A program made the position numbers and the translations under genes. A DNA stretch of 32,000 nt, from assembly GCF_000017305.1 (NCBI RefSeq), contig NC_009664.2, positions 1,650,001 to 1,682,000 on the forward strand. Reading direction: 5' to 3'. This DNA comes from Kineococcus radiotolerans SRS30216 = ATCC BAA-149. GTDB taxonomy: Bacteria; Actinomycetota; Actinomycetes; Actinomycetales; Kineococcaceae. Below, piece by piece: positions 1 through 9,063 of this stretch. Under the pieces are notes generated by a model. That model was not told the origin of the DNA. It searched no databases and saw only the letters and a list, made by a program, of their open reading frames with translations. The first letter of the stretch is position 1. The number at the start of each line of letters is the position of its first letter.

Positions 1-1385
1 GAGGCGAAGCGCTCCACGTCGCGGAACTCCACCGACCCGAGGCCGCCGGGCAGCTGCACGGTCTGCCCGGGCACCATCGAGAGGGCCACCCACTGCCCGT
101 CGTCGCCGACGAGCCGCTGCATCCCCGCGGTCTCAAGGGTGTAGACGTTCTGGGCCTTCCCGTCGTCGAGACCGAGGTCGCCGGTCCAGACCTGCAGGGC
201 CAGGAACGGGTTGGCCGCGTCGGGGAACCCCGACACGGGGGTGCCGTCGGCTCCCGTCGTCGCCGAGGGCAGGAACACCCCCTGCAACCCGATCTGCACG
301 GGGTTCCCGGCCGCGTCGACGGCGTCGGGCACCTTGACCACGCCGATGGAGTCGTAGTTGCCCGTCTGCGGCAGGAAGGGGGTGGGGCCGTCCTGGACGA
401 CGTTGCCCTGCCCGTCGCGCACCACGACGACGGGGGCGTAGCCGTTGCCGGAGAGCGAGATCTGAGTGCCGCCGACCTTCGCGGGGTGGTTGACCCGGAT
501 CGTCTCCTCCCGCGCCGGCGCGCCCGGCTCGTCGGTGAGGGTGACGTGGGCGGCGAAGGTGCGGGGCTCCCCGATCTGGGAGGTCTGCCGGGCCTCGAAG
601 GACACGTCCATCGCGTCCAGCGACAGCGTGAACGGCGGGACGTCGTCCTGCCCCGTCCACACCCCGCCGGTGAAGCTGTCGAAGGTCGTGCCGACCATCG
701 TCCCGCCCACGGTCACCAGGCGCTGACCGGAGTAGGAGAACAGCGAGCTGGAGGCGACGGCGACGAGCAGGCCCACCAGGGACAGGTGGAAGAGCAGGTT
801 GCCGGTCTCGCGGTGGTGGCCCTTCTCCGCCGCCACCGACCCCTCGCGCCGGTCGACGCGGAAGCGGCGCCGGGCCAGCACCTCGCGGGCGGCGTCGAGG
901 ACCTCCTCGGGACCCGCGGCGACGGTCGCGGCGCGGTGCTCCGGCAGCCGCTCCAGGCGGGCCGGGGTGCGCGGCGGGCGCGAGCGCAGCGCCTTGAGGT
1001 GCACCCCGGCGCGCGGGAGGACGCAGCCGACGAGGGAGATGAAGAGCAGCAGGTAGATCGCGGAGAACCAGACCGAGGAGTACACGTGGAACCCCTGCAG
1101 GCGCTCCACCCAGGGCCCGGCCGTGGGGTGGTCCTGCATCCACGTCGCGACCCCGGCCGGGTCGTTGTTCTGCTGGGGGAACGTGGAGCCGGGGACGGCG
1201 GCGACGGCCAGCAGCATGAGCAGGAACAGCGCGGTGCGCATGCTGGTGAGCTGGCGCCAGCAGTAGCGCAGGAACTCCAGCGGCTTCAGCTCCGGGGCCA
1301 GCTCGCGCTTGGGCCGGGAGGCGTTCTCGCTGTCGCGGTACGCGTCGCGGAGGTCGTCGAGGTGGGTCTCGTCGGTTCGGGCCAT
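1..1385 (-). CDS. resB: cytochrome c biogenesis protein ResB/Ccs1 (3' end cut by window edge)
   Basis: Frame read by eye from ATG at 1385. It is absent from the ORF track because it runs off the window. Translation: MARTDETHLDDLRDAYRDSENASRPKRELAPELKPLEFLRYCWRQLTSMRTALFLLMLLAVAAVPGSTFPQ..., continuing to ...GGLGSVEFRDVERFA at position 3. Codon position 3 is almost all G/C. The start lies 2 nt after the ccdA stop (TGAGCATG). The ccdA-resB order matches M. tuberculosis Rv0527-Rv0528. Listed ORF 133..1143(-) is an off-frame artefact. Confidence 0.85.
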   Translation of the reverse strand, partial: MARTDETHLDDLRDAYRDSENASRPKRELAPELKPLEFLRYCWRQLTSMRTALFLLMLLAVAAVPGSTFPQQNNDPAGVATWMQDHPTAGPWVERLQGFHVYSSVWFSAIYLLLFISLVGCVLPRAGVHLKALRSRPPRTPARLERLPEHRAATVAAGPEEVLDAAREVLARRRFRVDRREGSVAAEKGHHRETGNLLFHLSLVGLLVAVASSSLFSYSGQRLVTVGGTMVGTTFDSFTGGVWTGQDDVPPFTLSLDAMDVSFEARQTSQIGEPRTFAAHVTLTDEPGAPAREETIRVNHPAKVGGTQISLSGNGYAPVVVVRDGQGNVVQDGPTPFLPQTGNYDSIGVVKVPDAVDAAGNPVQIGLQGVFLPSATTGADGTPVSGFPDAANPFLALQVWTGDLGLDDGKAQNVYTLETAGMQRLVGDDGQWVALSMVPGQTVQLPGGLGSVEFRDVERFA

Positions 1386-1387
1386 GC

Positions 1388-2131
1388 TCAGATCACCGGC
1401 TGGAAGTTGGAGACGAGGTGGGACTGCAGCCAGCTCACCAGGGTCTGGAAGTGCCCGGTGACGAGCAGCAGGCCGATGACGACCAGCAGCACCGCCCCGA
1501 AGCGGTCGAGGGCGACCCGGTGGCGGCGCAGCGCGCCGAGGACGCGCATGCCCCGGCCGTAGGCCATCGCCACCAGGACGAAGGGGACGCCGAGCCCGAG
1601 GCAGTAGACGAGGCCGAGGGTCGTGGCCCGCGACCCGCTGGCCGTGGTGAACGCCATGGCCGAGATCGCGGCGAAGATCGGGCCGATGCACGGCGTCCAG
1701 CCGAGGCCGAAGAGGAACCCGAGGACGGGGGCGCCGAGCAGGCCCGCCCGCGGCCGCCAGCGGACCTTGAGCTCGCGCTGGGCCCACAGCGGGGAGAGCA
1801 GCAGGAGCAGGCCGCCCGCGAGGACGACGAGGCCGAGCACCCGCTGCAGCACGCCCTGGTGCTCCTTCAGCAGGTCCCCCGCGGCGCCCGCGGTGAAGCT
1901 GATGAGCACGAAGACGACGGAGAAGCCGAGGACGAACAGCAGCGACCCGAGGAGCATCCGTCCCCGTCGCTGCCGCTCCAGGTCCCCGCCGGACAGGCCC
2001 GTCACGTAGGCCAGGAAGCCCGGCACGAGGGGCAGGACGCACGGGGAGAGGAACGACACCAGGCCCGCGAGCGCGGCCAGCGGCACCGCCAGCAGCAGCG
2101 GCCCGGTCTGCACGTACTCGGGGAGGGTCAC
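1388..2131 (-). CDS. ccdA: cytochrome c-type biogenesis protein CcdA (DsbD-family thiol:disulfide transporter)
   Basis: In-frame GTG at 2131 inside ORF 1388..2485. Product: [39 protein letters not shown]...GWTPCIGPI..., a multi-TM protein with the two conserved Cys motifs. GGAGG sits 7 nt upstream. GTGA overlap with the upstream stop (2128-2131). Confidence 0.9.
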   Translation of the reverse strand: MTLPEYVQTGPLLLAVPLAALAGLVSFLSPCVLPLVPGFLAYVTGLSGGDLERQRRGRMLLGSLLFVLGFSVVFVLISFTAGAAGDLLKEHQGVLQRVLGLVVLAGGLLLLLSPLWAQRELKVRWRPRAGLLGAPVLGFLFGLGWTPCIGPIFAAISAMAFTTASGSRATTLGLVYCLGLGVPFVLVAMAYGRGMRVLGALRRHRVALDRFGAVLLVVIGLLLVTGHFQTLVSWLQSHLVSNFQPVI

Positions 2132-2748
2132 GCCGGGGCCTCCGCGGGGGCCTCCGCGGGCGCCGGGTCGGCCCCGGCGTCGTCGAGCATCCCCGACAGC
2201 GTGGAGTCGTCGACGATCCCGGAGGCCCGGGCCGCGACCCGGCCCTCGGTGTCCAGCACCAGCGTCGTCGGGGTCGCCTGCGGGGAGTACGTCCGCAGCG
2301 CCAGCATCGCCGCACCGGAGTCCTTGTCGAGGACCGAGGGGTAGGTGAGGCCGAACCGGCGCTGGAACGAGGCGGCGATGTCGGCGCTGTCGTAGGTGTT
2401 GATCCCCAGGAACTGCACGTTGCGCCCGGAGTACTCCTCCCACACCGCCTGCAGGTCCGGCGCCTCGCTGCGGCACGGGCCGCACCCGGCGAACCAGGTG
2501 TTGAGGACGACGACCTTCCCGCGGTGGTCGGCGAGGTCGACGGTGTCGCCGTCGACGGTGGTCCCGGTGAACTCCACCGGCTCCCGGCGCTCGGCGGGCG
2601 GGAACTGGACGACGGTCCCGTCGCCCTCGATGTAGTTCGAGCCCTGCGACTCCGGCAGGCCGTCGCCGCCGGAGCAGGCGGCCAGCCCCAGCGTCGACAG
2701 CGCCACCAGCGCCAGGGCGCGGCGCGCGAGCGGTCGCGGCACGCTCAC
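2128..2748 (-). CDS. resA: thioredoxin-like thiol:disulfide oxidoreductase lipoprotein (ResA/TlpA family)
   Basis: In-frame GTG at 2748 inside ORF 2128..3066. N-terminus [28 protein letters not shown] has a lipobox (LAAC). Thioredoxin active site WFAGCGPC. C-terminal [12 protein letters not shown] tail. GTGA overlap with the upstream stop (2745-2748). Confidence 0.85.
   Translation of the reverse strand: MSVPRPLARRALALVALSTLGLAACSGGDGLPESQGSNYIEGDGTVVQFPPAERREPVEFTGTTVDGDTVDLADHRGKVVVLNTWFAGCGPCRSEAPDLQAVWEEYSGRNVQFLGINTYDSADIAASFQRRFGLTYPSVLDKDSGAAMLALRTYSPQATPTTLVLDTEGRVAARASGIVDDSTLSGMLDDAGADPAPAEAPAEAPA
2135..2158 (-). repeat. 12-bp tandem repeat x2 (plus strand ggggcctccgcg) encoding the (AEAP)n tail of ResA; each unit contains GGAGG on the mRNA strand
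   Basis: Two perfect copies counted at 2135-2146 and 2147-2158. The minus-strand reading is ...gcggaggcccc... The proximal GGAGG lies 7 nt upstream of the ccdA GTG (2131). Confidence 0.8.
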
Positions 2749-3389
2749 GCCCCCGGGACGGGGTCGGCGCCGATCAGCAGGTCGGCGGCGGGTTCGGTGT
2801 AGGCGACCGAGACGAGGGTGCGCCCGGAGAACTCCAGCGACGTCACCGACGCCAGCGCGCACTGGCGCTTGCGCGGGTCGTGGACCAGCGGGCGGCCCTC
2901 GGCCCGCAGGCGGGTCACCCACACCGGCAGCTGGTGGCTGACCAGCACCGACTCCCGGCCCGGGAAGGTGTCGCGGGCGTCGCGCACGACGGCGCTGACC
3001 CGGGCGACCTGCTGCTCGTAGGGCTCGCCCCAGCTGGGCTGGACGGGGTTCCACAGCCGCGGCCACACCCGCGGGTCGCGGATCGAGCCGCGCCCCTCGG
3101 TGACCCGGTGCCCCTCGAAGCGGTTGCCGGCCTCGATGATCCGGGGCTCGGTGCCCAGGGGCAGGCCGTGGGTGCGGGCGATCGGCGCGGCGGTCTCCTG
3201 GGCGCGCTGCAGCGGCGAGGCGGTCACCGAGGCGACGTCGCGGTCGGCGAAGAACTCGCCCAGCCGGGTCGCCATCGCCTGGCCGCGCTCGGAGAGGCGG
3301 AACCCGGGCAGGCGGCCGTACAGGACGCGGTCGGGGTTGAAGACCTCACCGTGGCGGACGAGGTGGACGGTGGTGCGCGGGGCGCTCAC
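2745..3389 (-). CDS. histidine phosphatase family protein (phosphoglycerate mutase-like)
   Basis: In-frame GTG at 3389 inside the composite ORF 2745..4820. Product: [37 protein letters not shown]...[11 protein letters not shown], with the RHG catalytic motif. GTGA overlap with the hemL stop. Position is equivalent to Rv0525. Confidence 0.85.
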   Translation of the reverse strand: MSAPRTTVHLVRHGEVFNPDRVLYGRLPGFRLSERGQAMATRLGEFFADRDVASVTASPLQRAQETAAPIARTHGLPLGTEPRIIEAGNRFEGHRVTEGRGSIRDPRVWPRLWNPVQPSWGEPYEQQVARVSAVVRDARDTFPGRESVLVSHQLPVWVTRLRAEGRPLVHDPRKRQCALASVTSLEFSGRTLVSVAYTEPAADLLIGADPVPGA

Positions 3390-4732
3390 AGGGACCCGGA
3401 CCCTTCCGCCGCGGCCCGCGCCGCGGCCGGCAGCGCCTCGACGACCCGCCCGATCGCGGCCTCGTCGTGGCTGGCGGACAGGAACCACGCCTCGAAGGCG
3501 CTGGGGGGCAGGTGGACCCCCTGGTCGAGCATGGAGTGGAAGAACGCCCGGAAGGCGCCGAGGTCCTGCTGGCGGGCCTGCTCGTAGTCGGTCACCGCGT
3601 CGAGGCCGGTGAAGAAGACGCTGAACATCGACCCGGCGGTGTTCACCAGGTGCGGCACCCCGGCCGCGGACAGGGCGGCGCTGGCGGCCTCGCGCACGGC
3701 GGTGGCGGCGGTCTCGACGGCGGCGTAGACCTCGGGGGTGCAGGCCCGCAGCGTGGCGAGGCCGGCGGCGGTGGCGATCGGGTTCCCCGACAGCGTCCCC
3801 GCCTGGTAGACGGGCCCGGCGGGGGCGAGGTGGGCCATGACGTCGGCGCGGCCCCCGAAGGCCGCGGCGGGGAAGCCGCCGCCCATGACCTTGCCGAAGG
3901 TCAGCAGGTCGGGGGCGTGCTCCAGGCCCAGGCCCTCGTGGCCGTACCAGCCGGCCGCGCTGACCCGGAAGCCCGTCATGACCTCGTCGGAGACCAGCAG
4001 CGCGCCGTGCTCGCGGGTGACCCGGCGCAGCTCGGCGGTGAAGCCGGGCTGCGGCGCGACGACGCCCATGTTGCCGGCGGCGGCCTCGGTGATGACGCAG
4101 GCGATGCGGTCGCCGTGCAGGCGGAAGACCTCGGCCAGCGCCTCGGGGTCGTTGTACGGGATGACGATGGTGTCGCCGGCGGCCGTCCCCGTCACCCCGG
4201 GGGTGTCGGGCAGCGCGAACGTGGCCAGCCCGGAGCCTGCTGAGGCCAGCAGGGCGTCGACGTGGCCGTGGTAGTGCCCGGCGAACTTCACGATCACCGG
4301 GCGGCCGGTGAAGCCGCGGGCCAGCCGGATCGCGCTCATCGTGGCCTCGGTGCCGGAGCTGACCATCCGCAGCTGCTCGACCGGCTCGACGCGGGCGACG
4401 ATCTCCTCGGCGAGCAGCACCTCGCGCTCGGTCGGGGTCCCGTAGGAGAACCCGTCCTGCGCGGCGGCCGTGACCGCGGCGAGCACGTCGGGGTGGGCGT
4501 GCCCGAGGATCATCGGTCCCCAGGAGCAGAGCAGGTCGACGTACTCGCGCCCGTCGGCGTCGGTGAGGTACGGCCCGCGGGCCGAGGCGGTGAAGCGGGG
4601 GGTGCCGCCGACGGCGCGGAAGGCGCGGACCGGGGAGTTGACGCCCCCGGGGATGACGGCGGCGGCCCGCTCGAACAGCGCGGCGGAGGTGGGTGCGGAG
4701 GAGGTCGTCGGGGCGGGCGTCGGCGCGGTCAC
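3386..4732 (-). CDS. hemL: glutamate-1-semialdehyde 2,1-aminomutase
   Basis: 448-aa ORF: ...[28 protein letters not shown]...[12 protein letters not shown]...[20 protein letters not shown]...[11 protein letters not shown] class-III aminotransferase with HemL-typical motifs. Confidence 0.95.
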   Translation of the reverse strand: MTAPTPAPTTSSAPTSAALFERAAAVIPGGVNSPVRAFRAVGGTPRFTASARGPYLTDADGREYVDLLCSWGPMILGHAHPDVLAAVTAAAQDGFSYGTPTEREVLLAEEIVARVEPVEQLRMVSSGTEATMSAIRLARGFTGRPVIVKFAGHYHGHVDALLASAGSGLATFALPDTPGVTGTAAGDTIVIPYNDPEALAEVFRLHGDRIACVITEAAAGNMGVVAPQPGFTAELRRVTREHGALLVSDEVMTGFRVSAAGWYGHEGLGLEHAPDLLTFGKVMGGGFPAAAFGGRADVMAHLAPAGPVYQAGTLSGNPIATAAGLATLRACTPEVYAAVETAATAVREAASAALSAAGVPHLVNTAGSMFSVFFTGLDAVTDYEQARQQDLGAFRAFFHSMLDQGVHLPPSAFEAWFLSASHDEAAIGRVVEALPAAARAAAEGSGSL

Positions 4733-4825
4733 GGACCCCAGTGTCGCAAGCTGCGCGGGGTGCCGCCGCCCCAGGGGCGCCTACGACGGCGTGTCGGAGG
4801 TCGGGGGTGACGGACTTCACGCCGA

Positions 4826-4863
4826 GCCCGCCCGGACCTCCCCCGCGCCGGGGCCGGGCGGGC
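4826..4863 (-). terminator. GC-rich hairpin 3 nt downstream of the orphan gene stop
   Basis: Perfect 10-bp arms gcccgcccgg (4826-4835) and ccgggcgggc (4854-4863). The 18-nt loop can pair further (cccc/gggg). No U-tract. Confidence 0.45.
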
Positions 4864-4865
4864 GG

Positions 4866-5432
4866 TCAGGTCCACCACAGGTACCAGCCCGCCCGGCCGG
4901 TGCGGGGGCACGTGCGGCGGCGGACGACCTGCGGTCCGCCGCGGGCGTCGTCGAGGCCGAACCGCGCCTGCACGCGTGCCCAGAGGGCCGCGCCCTCCTC
5001 GGCCCCCGGGCCGTCCCCGGCGTCGAGGCAGGTGCCCGCGCCCGGCCCGGGGTGGTCGTGGACGACGATCCCCTCGGCGGCGATGCGCTCGTCCTCGCGC
5101 GGGGGCGGGACGAGGTAGCCGTGCACCTCGACCAGGTTCGGGTGCCGGGCGGCGGCGGTGAGGACCGACGCCAGCGAGGGGGCGGCGTTCTGCCGGTCCG
5201 CCAGCCGCGCGGGCGGGACCCGCCGCAGCAGCTGCGCGGCCGCCGCCCCCGGCAGGTCGCGGTAGCGGACGACGTCGCGGGCGTCGGCGGGACGGCCGAG
5301 CACGTGCGGCTCGAGGACGTCGAGGACGTCGAGGGTCCAGCTGGGCCGGCCCGCGGCCAGGCGGGTCCAGCACTCGGCGAGGGTCTCGCGGCGGGGCTCG
5401 GGCGGGCGGGTGGTCGGTGCGGGGGTCGTCAC
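4866..5432 (-). CDS. hypothetical protein (188 aa, no family recognised)
   Basis: In-frame GTG at 5432 inside ORF 4866..6014. Downstream of this GTG, codon position 3 is almost all G/C. In the 30 codons upstream, several A/T occur at position 3. Product: VTTPAPTTRPPEPRRETLAECWTRLAAGRPSWTLDVLDVLEPHVLG...GWYLWWT. Confidence 0.65.
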   Translation of the reverse strand: MTTPAPTTRPPEPRRETLAECWTRLAAGRPSWTLDVLDVLEPHVLGRPADARDVVRYRDLPGAAAAQLLRRVPPARLADRQNAAPSLASVLTAAARHPNLVEVHGYLVPPPREDERIAAEGIVVHDHPGPGAGTCLDAGDGPGAEEGAALWARVQARFGLDDARGGPQVVRRRTCPRTGRAGWYLWWT

Positions 5433-5566
5433 GCCTGCGAGGGTGCGGAACCGGCGCCGCCGCGCCGGACCGGCCGCGGAGGGGTGTGGACGACCACCGC
5501 GCCCGCGGGCCCCGTGCACCCGGCGGCGTCCCCTCCCGCGGGTGGTCCCGCGACCGCGCGGGCGGG

Positions 5567-5986
5567 TCAGGGGCGGGCGGTCAGCGGCTGGTTGAAGCGG
5601 AGCTGGTTGCCCGAGGGGTCCCGCACGCCGAAGTCGCGCACGCCGTACGCCTGGTCCACCGGTTCGGACTGGACCTCCACGCCCGCCGCGGAGAGCCGGT
5701 CGAAGAGGGCGTCGACGTCGTCGGTGGTGAGGATCAGCCGGGACATCAGCCCCTTCGCGAGCAGCTCCGCCCCGGCCTCCCGGTCCGCCGGGGAGGCGTC
5801 CGGCCACGACTGCGGGGTCTCGAGCACGACGTGGAGCGAGGGCTGGTCGGGAGGGGTCACCGTGACCCACCGCATCCCCTCGTAGGAGACGTCCTGGGTC
5901 ACCGCGAACCCGAGCAGGTCGCGGTAGAACCCCAGGGCCTCGTCGTGGTCGTGGACGGTCAGCAGAACCTGCGAGACGGTCAACAT
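5567..5986 (-). CDS. VOC (glyoxalase/bleomycin-resistance/dioxygenase) family protein
   Basis: ATG at 5986 inside ORF 5567..7015. Product: MLTVSQVLLTVHDHDEALGFYRDLLGFAVTQDVSYEGMRWVTV...AYGVRDFGVRDPSGNQLRF, a typical single-domain VOC fold sequence. Confidence 0.85.
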   Translation of the reverse strand: MLTVSQVLLTVHDHDEALGFYRDLLGFAVTQDVSYEGMRWVTVTPPDQPSLHVVLETPQSWPDASPADREAGAELLAKGLMSRLILTTDDVDALFDRLSAAGVEVQSEPVDQAYGVRDFGVRDPSGNQLRFNQPLTARP

Positions 5987-6432
5987 GCGCTGGACGGTAG
6001 GCGCGCCCGGGCACCGGTGGCTTCTCCGATCCTGACCGACCGCGACGGCCGGGCCGCCCGGGCCAGCACGCAGCTGGGGATGAGCGCCGCCGCGGAGTGG
6101 TCCCGGCTCCGGTACGCGCTCGGGGTCTCCCCCACCAGCCGGGTGAAGCGCGCGCTGAACGACCCCAGCGAGGAGCACCCGACGGCGAAGCACGCCTCGG
6201 TGACGCTCACGTCCCCGCGCCGCAGCAGCGCCTTGGCCCGCTCGACGCGGCGGGTCATCAGGTAGTCGTAGGGCGTCTCGCCGAACGCCGCCTTGAAGCA
6301 GCGGGAGAAGTGCCCCGGGGACATGAGCGCCTGGTGGGCCAGGACCGCCACGTCGAGGGGCTGGGCGTGGTCGCGGTCGATCCGGTCGCGGACCCGCCGC
6401 AGCCGCACCAGGTCCTCGCGCCGCAGAGCCAC
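5980..6432 (-). CDS. AraC-family helix-turn-helix transcriptional regulator (short form)
   Basis: In-frame GTG at 6432 inside ORF 5980..6558. Product: VALRREDLVRLRRVRDRIDRDHAQPLDVAVLAHQALMSPGHFSRCFKAAFGETPYDYLMTRRVERAKALL...GSFSARFTRLVGETPSAYR. The stop overlaps the VOC start by 7 nt (ATGTTGA). Confidence 0.8.
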   Translation of the reverse strand: MALRREDLVRLRRVRDRIDRDHAQPLDVAVLAHQALMSPGHFSRCFKAAFGETPYDYLMTRRVERAKALLRRGDVSVTEACFAVGCSSLGSFSARFTRLVGETPSAYRSRDHSAAALIPSCVLARAARPSRSVRIGEATGARARLPSSAC

Positions 6433-6578
6433 CCGGCCAGTGTGGCCGCTCCCGGCGGCGGCGCGCCAGGGCCCGTTCCCGTTCGCCTGCCCGACGCCGC
6501 ACGGACACCCCGCGGTCCGGGCCCGGGAAACCTCCAGCCCCCAGGGTCGGGGGACCACCCCCCACCTCCGGAGGAACC

Positions 6579-7766
6579 GTGCCCGAGAACGTGCCCGAGA
6601 CCACGGCCCGCCCCGGCCGCCGCCACCTGCTCGGCGCCGGCGCCGCGGTCGCGGCCGCCGCCGCCCTCGCCCCCGCCCGCTCCGCGAGCGCCGAGACCCG
6701 CTCGTCCACCGGCGCGGGCCGCCCGTCCCGCCTCGCCTTCGGCGGCGACGGGACGTTCCGGGTCGTGCAGTTCAACGACACGCAGGACAACCACCGCACC
6801 GACGTGCGCACGATCCAGCTCATCGAGCGCACCCTGGACCGGGAGCGGCCCGGGTTCGTCGTCATCAACGGCGACGTCATCAACGGGGACATGACGACGG
6901 CCGAGCAGGTCCGGCAGGCGCTGAACCACGTCGTCCTGCCGATGGAGGAGCGCCGCATCCCCTGGGCCATCACCTTCGGCAACCACGACGAGGACTCCGC
7001 CGGGGCCACCGGCATGACGGAGCCGCGGATCCGGCGGTTCCTCTCCGGCTACCGCCACTACGTCGGGAACACCGCGAGCGGGGTCAGCGGCGACTCCAAC
7101 CAGGTCCTGACCGTCCGCAGCTCCCGGGGGCGGCGGGAGGGCTTCGCGCTGTGGCTGCTGGACTCCGGCCGGTACTCGCCCGAGACGATCGCGGGGCAGC
7201 CGGTGGAGGAGTACACCTACGAGACCATCCACGCCGACCAGGTCGCCTGGTACCGGAAGACCTCGCAGGAGCTGCAGGGGCGCGCGGGCGACCCCGTGCC
7301 GGGGCTGATGTTCTTCCACATCCCGCTGTGGGAGTTCCGGCACATGTGGTTCGGCTCCCCCACCGAGGCCACCGAGGAGTCCCACGCGAAGGCCGTCGCC
7401 AAGCACGGCATCGTCGGGGAGCGCAACGAGCGCGAGTACACCGCGCAGTTCAACCCCGGCCTCTTCCACGCCGCGCTGGAACGAGGCGACGTCCGGGGCA
7501 TGTTCTGCGGGCACGACCACGTCAACGACTACGTGGGGAACTACTTCGGCATCCAGCTCGGCTACGGCCCCGGGACCGGGTTCGGGACCTACGGCCTCGA
7601 GGGCGACGCGGTGCACCGGATGCGGGGCGCGCGCGTCTTCGACCTCGACGAGCACCACCCCGGCGTCCTCAAGAGCACGCGGACGGTGTTCGCGGCCGAC
7701 CTCGGGATCGACCTGTCCCCCGCCCCGCAGCCGCTGGGGACGCCGAAGCCGCTCGGTCACCGCTGA
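6579..7766 (+). CDS. exported metallophosphoesterase (calcineurin-like) with Tat-type signal peptide
   Basis: 395-aa ORF with GTG start. GGAGGA lies just upstream (6570-6575). Signal: GRRHLLGAGAAVAAAAALAPARSASA. Metallophosphatase motifs: VVQFNDTQD, INGDVINGD, ITFGNHDE, FFHIPL, GHDHVND. Confidence 0.85.
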   Translation: MPENVPETTARPGRRHLLGAGAAVAAAAALAPARSASAETRSSTGAGRPSRLAFGGDGTFRVVQFNDTQDNHRTDVRTIQLIERTLDRERPGFVVINGDVINGDMTTAEQVRQALNHVVLPMEERRIPWAITFGNHDEDSAGATGMTEPRIRRFLSGYRHYVGNTASGVSGDSNQVLTVRSSRGRREGFALWLLDSGRYSPETIAGQPVEEYTYETIHADQVAWYRKTSQELQGRAGDPVPGLMFFHIPLWEFRHMWFGSPTEATEESHAKAVAKHGIVGERNEREYTAQFNPGLFHAALERGDVRGMFCGHDHVNDYVGNYFGIQLGYGPGTGFGTYGLEGDAVHRMRGARVFDLDEHHPGVLKSTRTVFAADLGIDLSPAPQPLGTPKPLGHR

Positions 7767-7786
7767 GCGGCGGGACGCCCGCCGGG

Positions 7787-7809
7787 CCGGGACCCCGTCG
7801 GGGTTCCGG
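7787..7809. terminator. hairpin between convergent genes (candidate bidirectional terminator)
   Basis: ccgggacccc gtc ggggttccgg: a 10-bp stem with one G-T pair and a 3-nt loop. A second small hairpin, ggcggg acg cccgcc, lies at 7769-7783. Confidence 0.35.
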
Positions 7810-7818
7810 CCGGCGCGG

Positions 7819-8985
7819 TCAGCGCGAGAGCCCGAACACCGTCGTGGAGCGGTACTCCTCCCCCGGTCGCAGCACGGTGGAGGGGAAGTCCGGCTGGTTC
7901 GGGGAGTCCGGGAAGTGCTGGGTCTCCAGCGCCACCCCGTCGCCCTGGCGGTAGACCCCGCCGCCGGTGCCGACGAGGGTGGCGTCGAGGAAGTTCCCCG
8001 AGTAGAACTGCAACCCCGGTTCCGTCGTCGACACCCGCAGGGTGCGCCCGCTGCGGGGGTCGTGCAGGACCGCGGCCTCCTCCAGCCCGTCCCCGGCCCG
8101 GTCCAGCACCCAGTTGTGGTCGTAGCCCTGGCCGAAGAGGATCTGCTGGTAGGGCTGGCGGATCCGCGCCGCGATCCGCCGCGGGGAGCGGAAGTCCATC
8201 GGGGTCCCCGCCACCGGGGCGATCTCACCGGTCGGGATGAGCGTCTCGTCGACGGGGGTGAAACCGTCGGCGTGGATGGTCAGCTCGTGGTCGAGGGCGG
8301 TGCCGGACCCCTCACCGGCCAGGTTCCAGTAGCTGTGGTTGGTGAGGTTCACCACCGTCGCGGCGTCGGTGGTGGCGAGGTAGTCCAGGGTCAGCTGCGC
8401 GAACCGGTCCAGGGTGTACGTCACCTCGACGTGCAGGTTCCCGGGGTAGCCCTGGTCGCCGTCGGGGCTGTCCAGGGACAGCCGGAGACCGACGGTGCCG
8501 TCACCGAACACCGGTGTCGCCGACCACACCCGCTTGTCGAAGGAGTCGGTGCCCCCGTGCAGGCTGTTCGGGCCGTTGTTCAGGGGCAGCTGGTGCTCGA
8601 CGCCGTCGAGGGTGAACCTCCCGCCCGCGATCCGGTTGCCGTAGCGGCCGATGAGCGCCCCGAAGTACGGGCCGGGGTTGTTGCCCGCGAGGTAGCCCTC
8701 GAGGTCGGCGAAGCCGAGGACGACGTTGCGGACCCGGCCCCGGTGGTCGGGGAACTCCAGGCTCTGCAGGATCCCGCCGTAGGTCAGGATCCGCGCGGTG
8801 ACCTCGCCGTCGACGAGGGTCCAGCGCTCGACGGCGGTCCCGTCGGGCAGGGTGCCCCACGGTTCGGCGAACAACCGGGGTTCGCGCTGGACCGCGGCGG
8901 CCGCGGGGGCGGCGGCCGCGCCGACGAGGGCGGTGGCCGCCGCGCCGGCCAGCACGACGCTGCGCCGGGAGGGGTTGAGGGGCAT
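7819..8985 (-). CDS. galM: aldose 1-epimerase (galactose mutarotase) with Tat-type signal peptide
   Basis: ORF 7819..9012. I prefer the ATG at 8985 (MPLNPSRRSVVLAGAAATALVGAAAAPAAAA) because GGAGAA lies 6 nt upstream; the alternative start is 9012. Mutarotase motifs: NSLHGG, NLTNHSYWNL, FDHNW, ALETQHFPDSPN. Confidence 0.88.
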   Translation of the reverse strand: MPLNPSRRSVVLAGAAATALVGAAAAPAAAAVQREPRLFAEPWGTLPDGTAVERWTLVDGEVTARILTYGGILQSLEFPDHRGRVRNVVLGFADLEGYLAGNNPGPYFGALIGRYGNRIAGGRFTLDGVEHQLPLNNGPNSLHGGTDSFDKRVWSATPVFGDGTVGLRLSLDSPDGDQGYPGNLHVEVTYTLDRFAQLTLDYLATTDAATVVNLTNHSYWNLAGEGSGTALDHELTIHADGFTPVDETLIPTGEIAPVAGTPMDFRSPRRIAARIRQPYQQILFGQGYDHNWVLDRAGDGLEEAAVLHDPRSGRTLRVSTTEPGLQFYSGNFLDATLVGTGGGVYRQGDGVALETQHFPDSPNQPDFPSTVLRPGEEYRSTTVFGLSR

Positions 8986-9063
8986 GCGTGGTTCTCCTTC
9001 GGGGAGCTTCATCGCTCGGAACTGTGCAAGCGTCGTGAAGCTAGGCCCCCGCTGGGCGGCGCG

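Noticed and set aside
133-1143. 336-aa minus-strand ORF, the only long ORF listed over the resB region.
   Set aside because: It is the wrong frame (Arg/Pro/Gly-rich). The ResB frame runs off the window edge and is missing from the track. Reading it directly from the ATG at 1385 gives a typical ResB sequence.
9023-9040. TGTGCAA-gcgtc-GTGAAG in the galM promoter region, reminiscent of Rex half-sites.
   Set aside because: The two elements are direct rather than inverted repeats and do not form the TTGTGAA-N4-TTCACAA palindrome. Only single half-site similarity remains.
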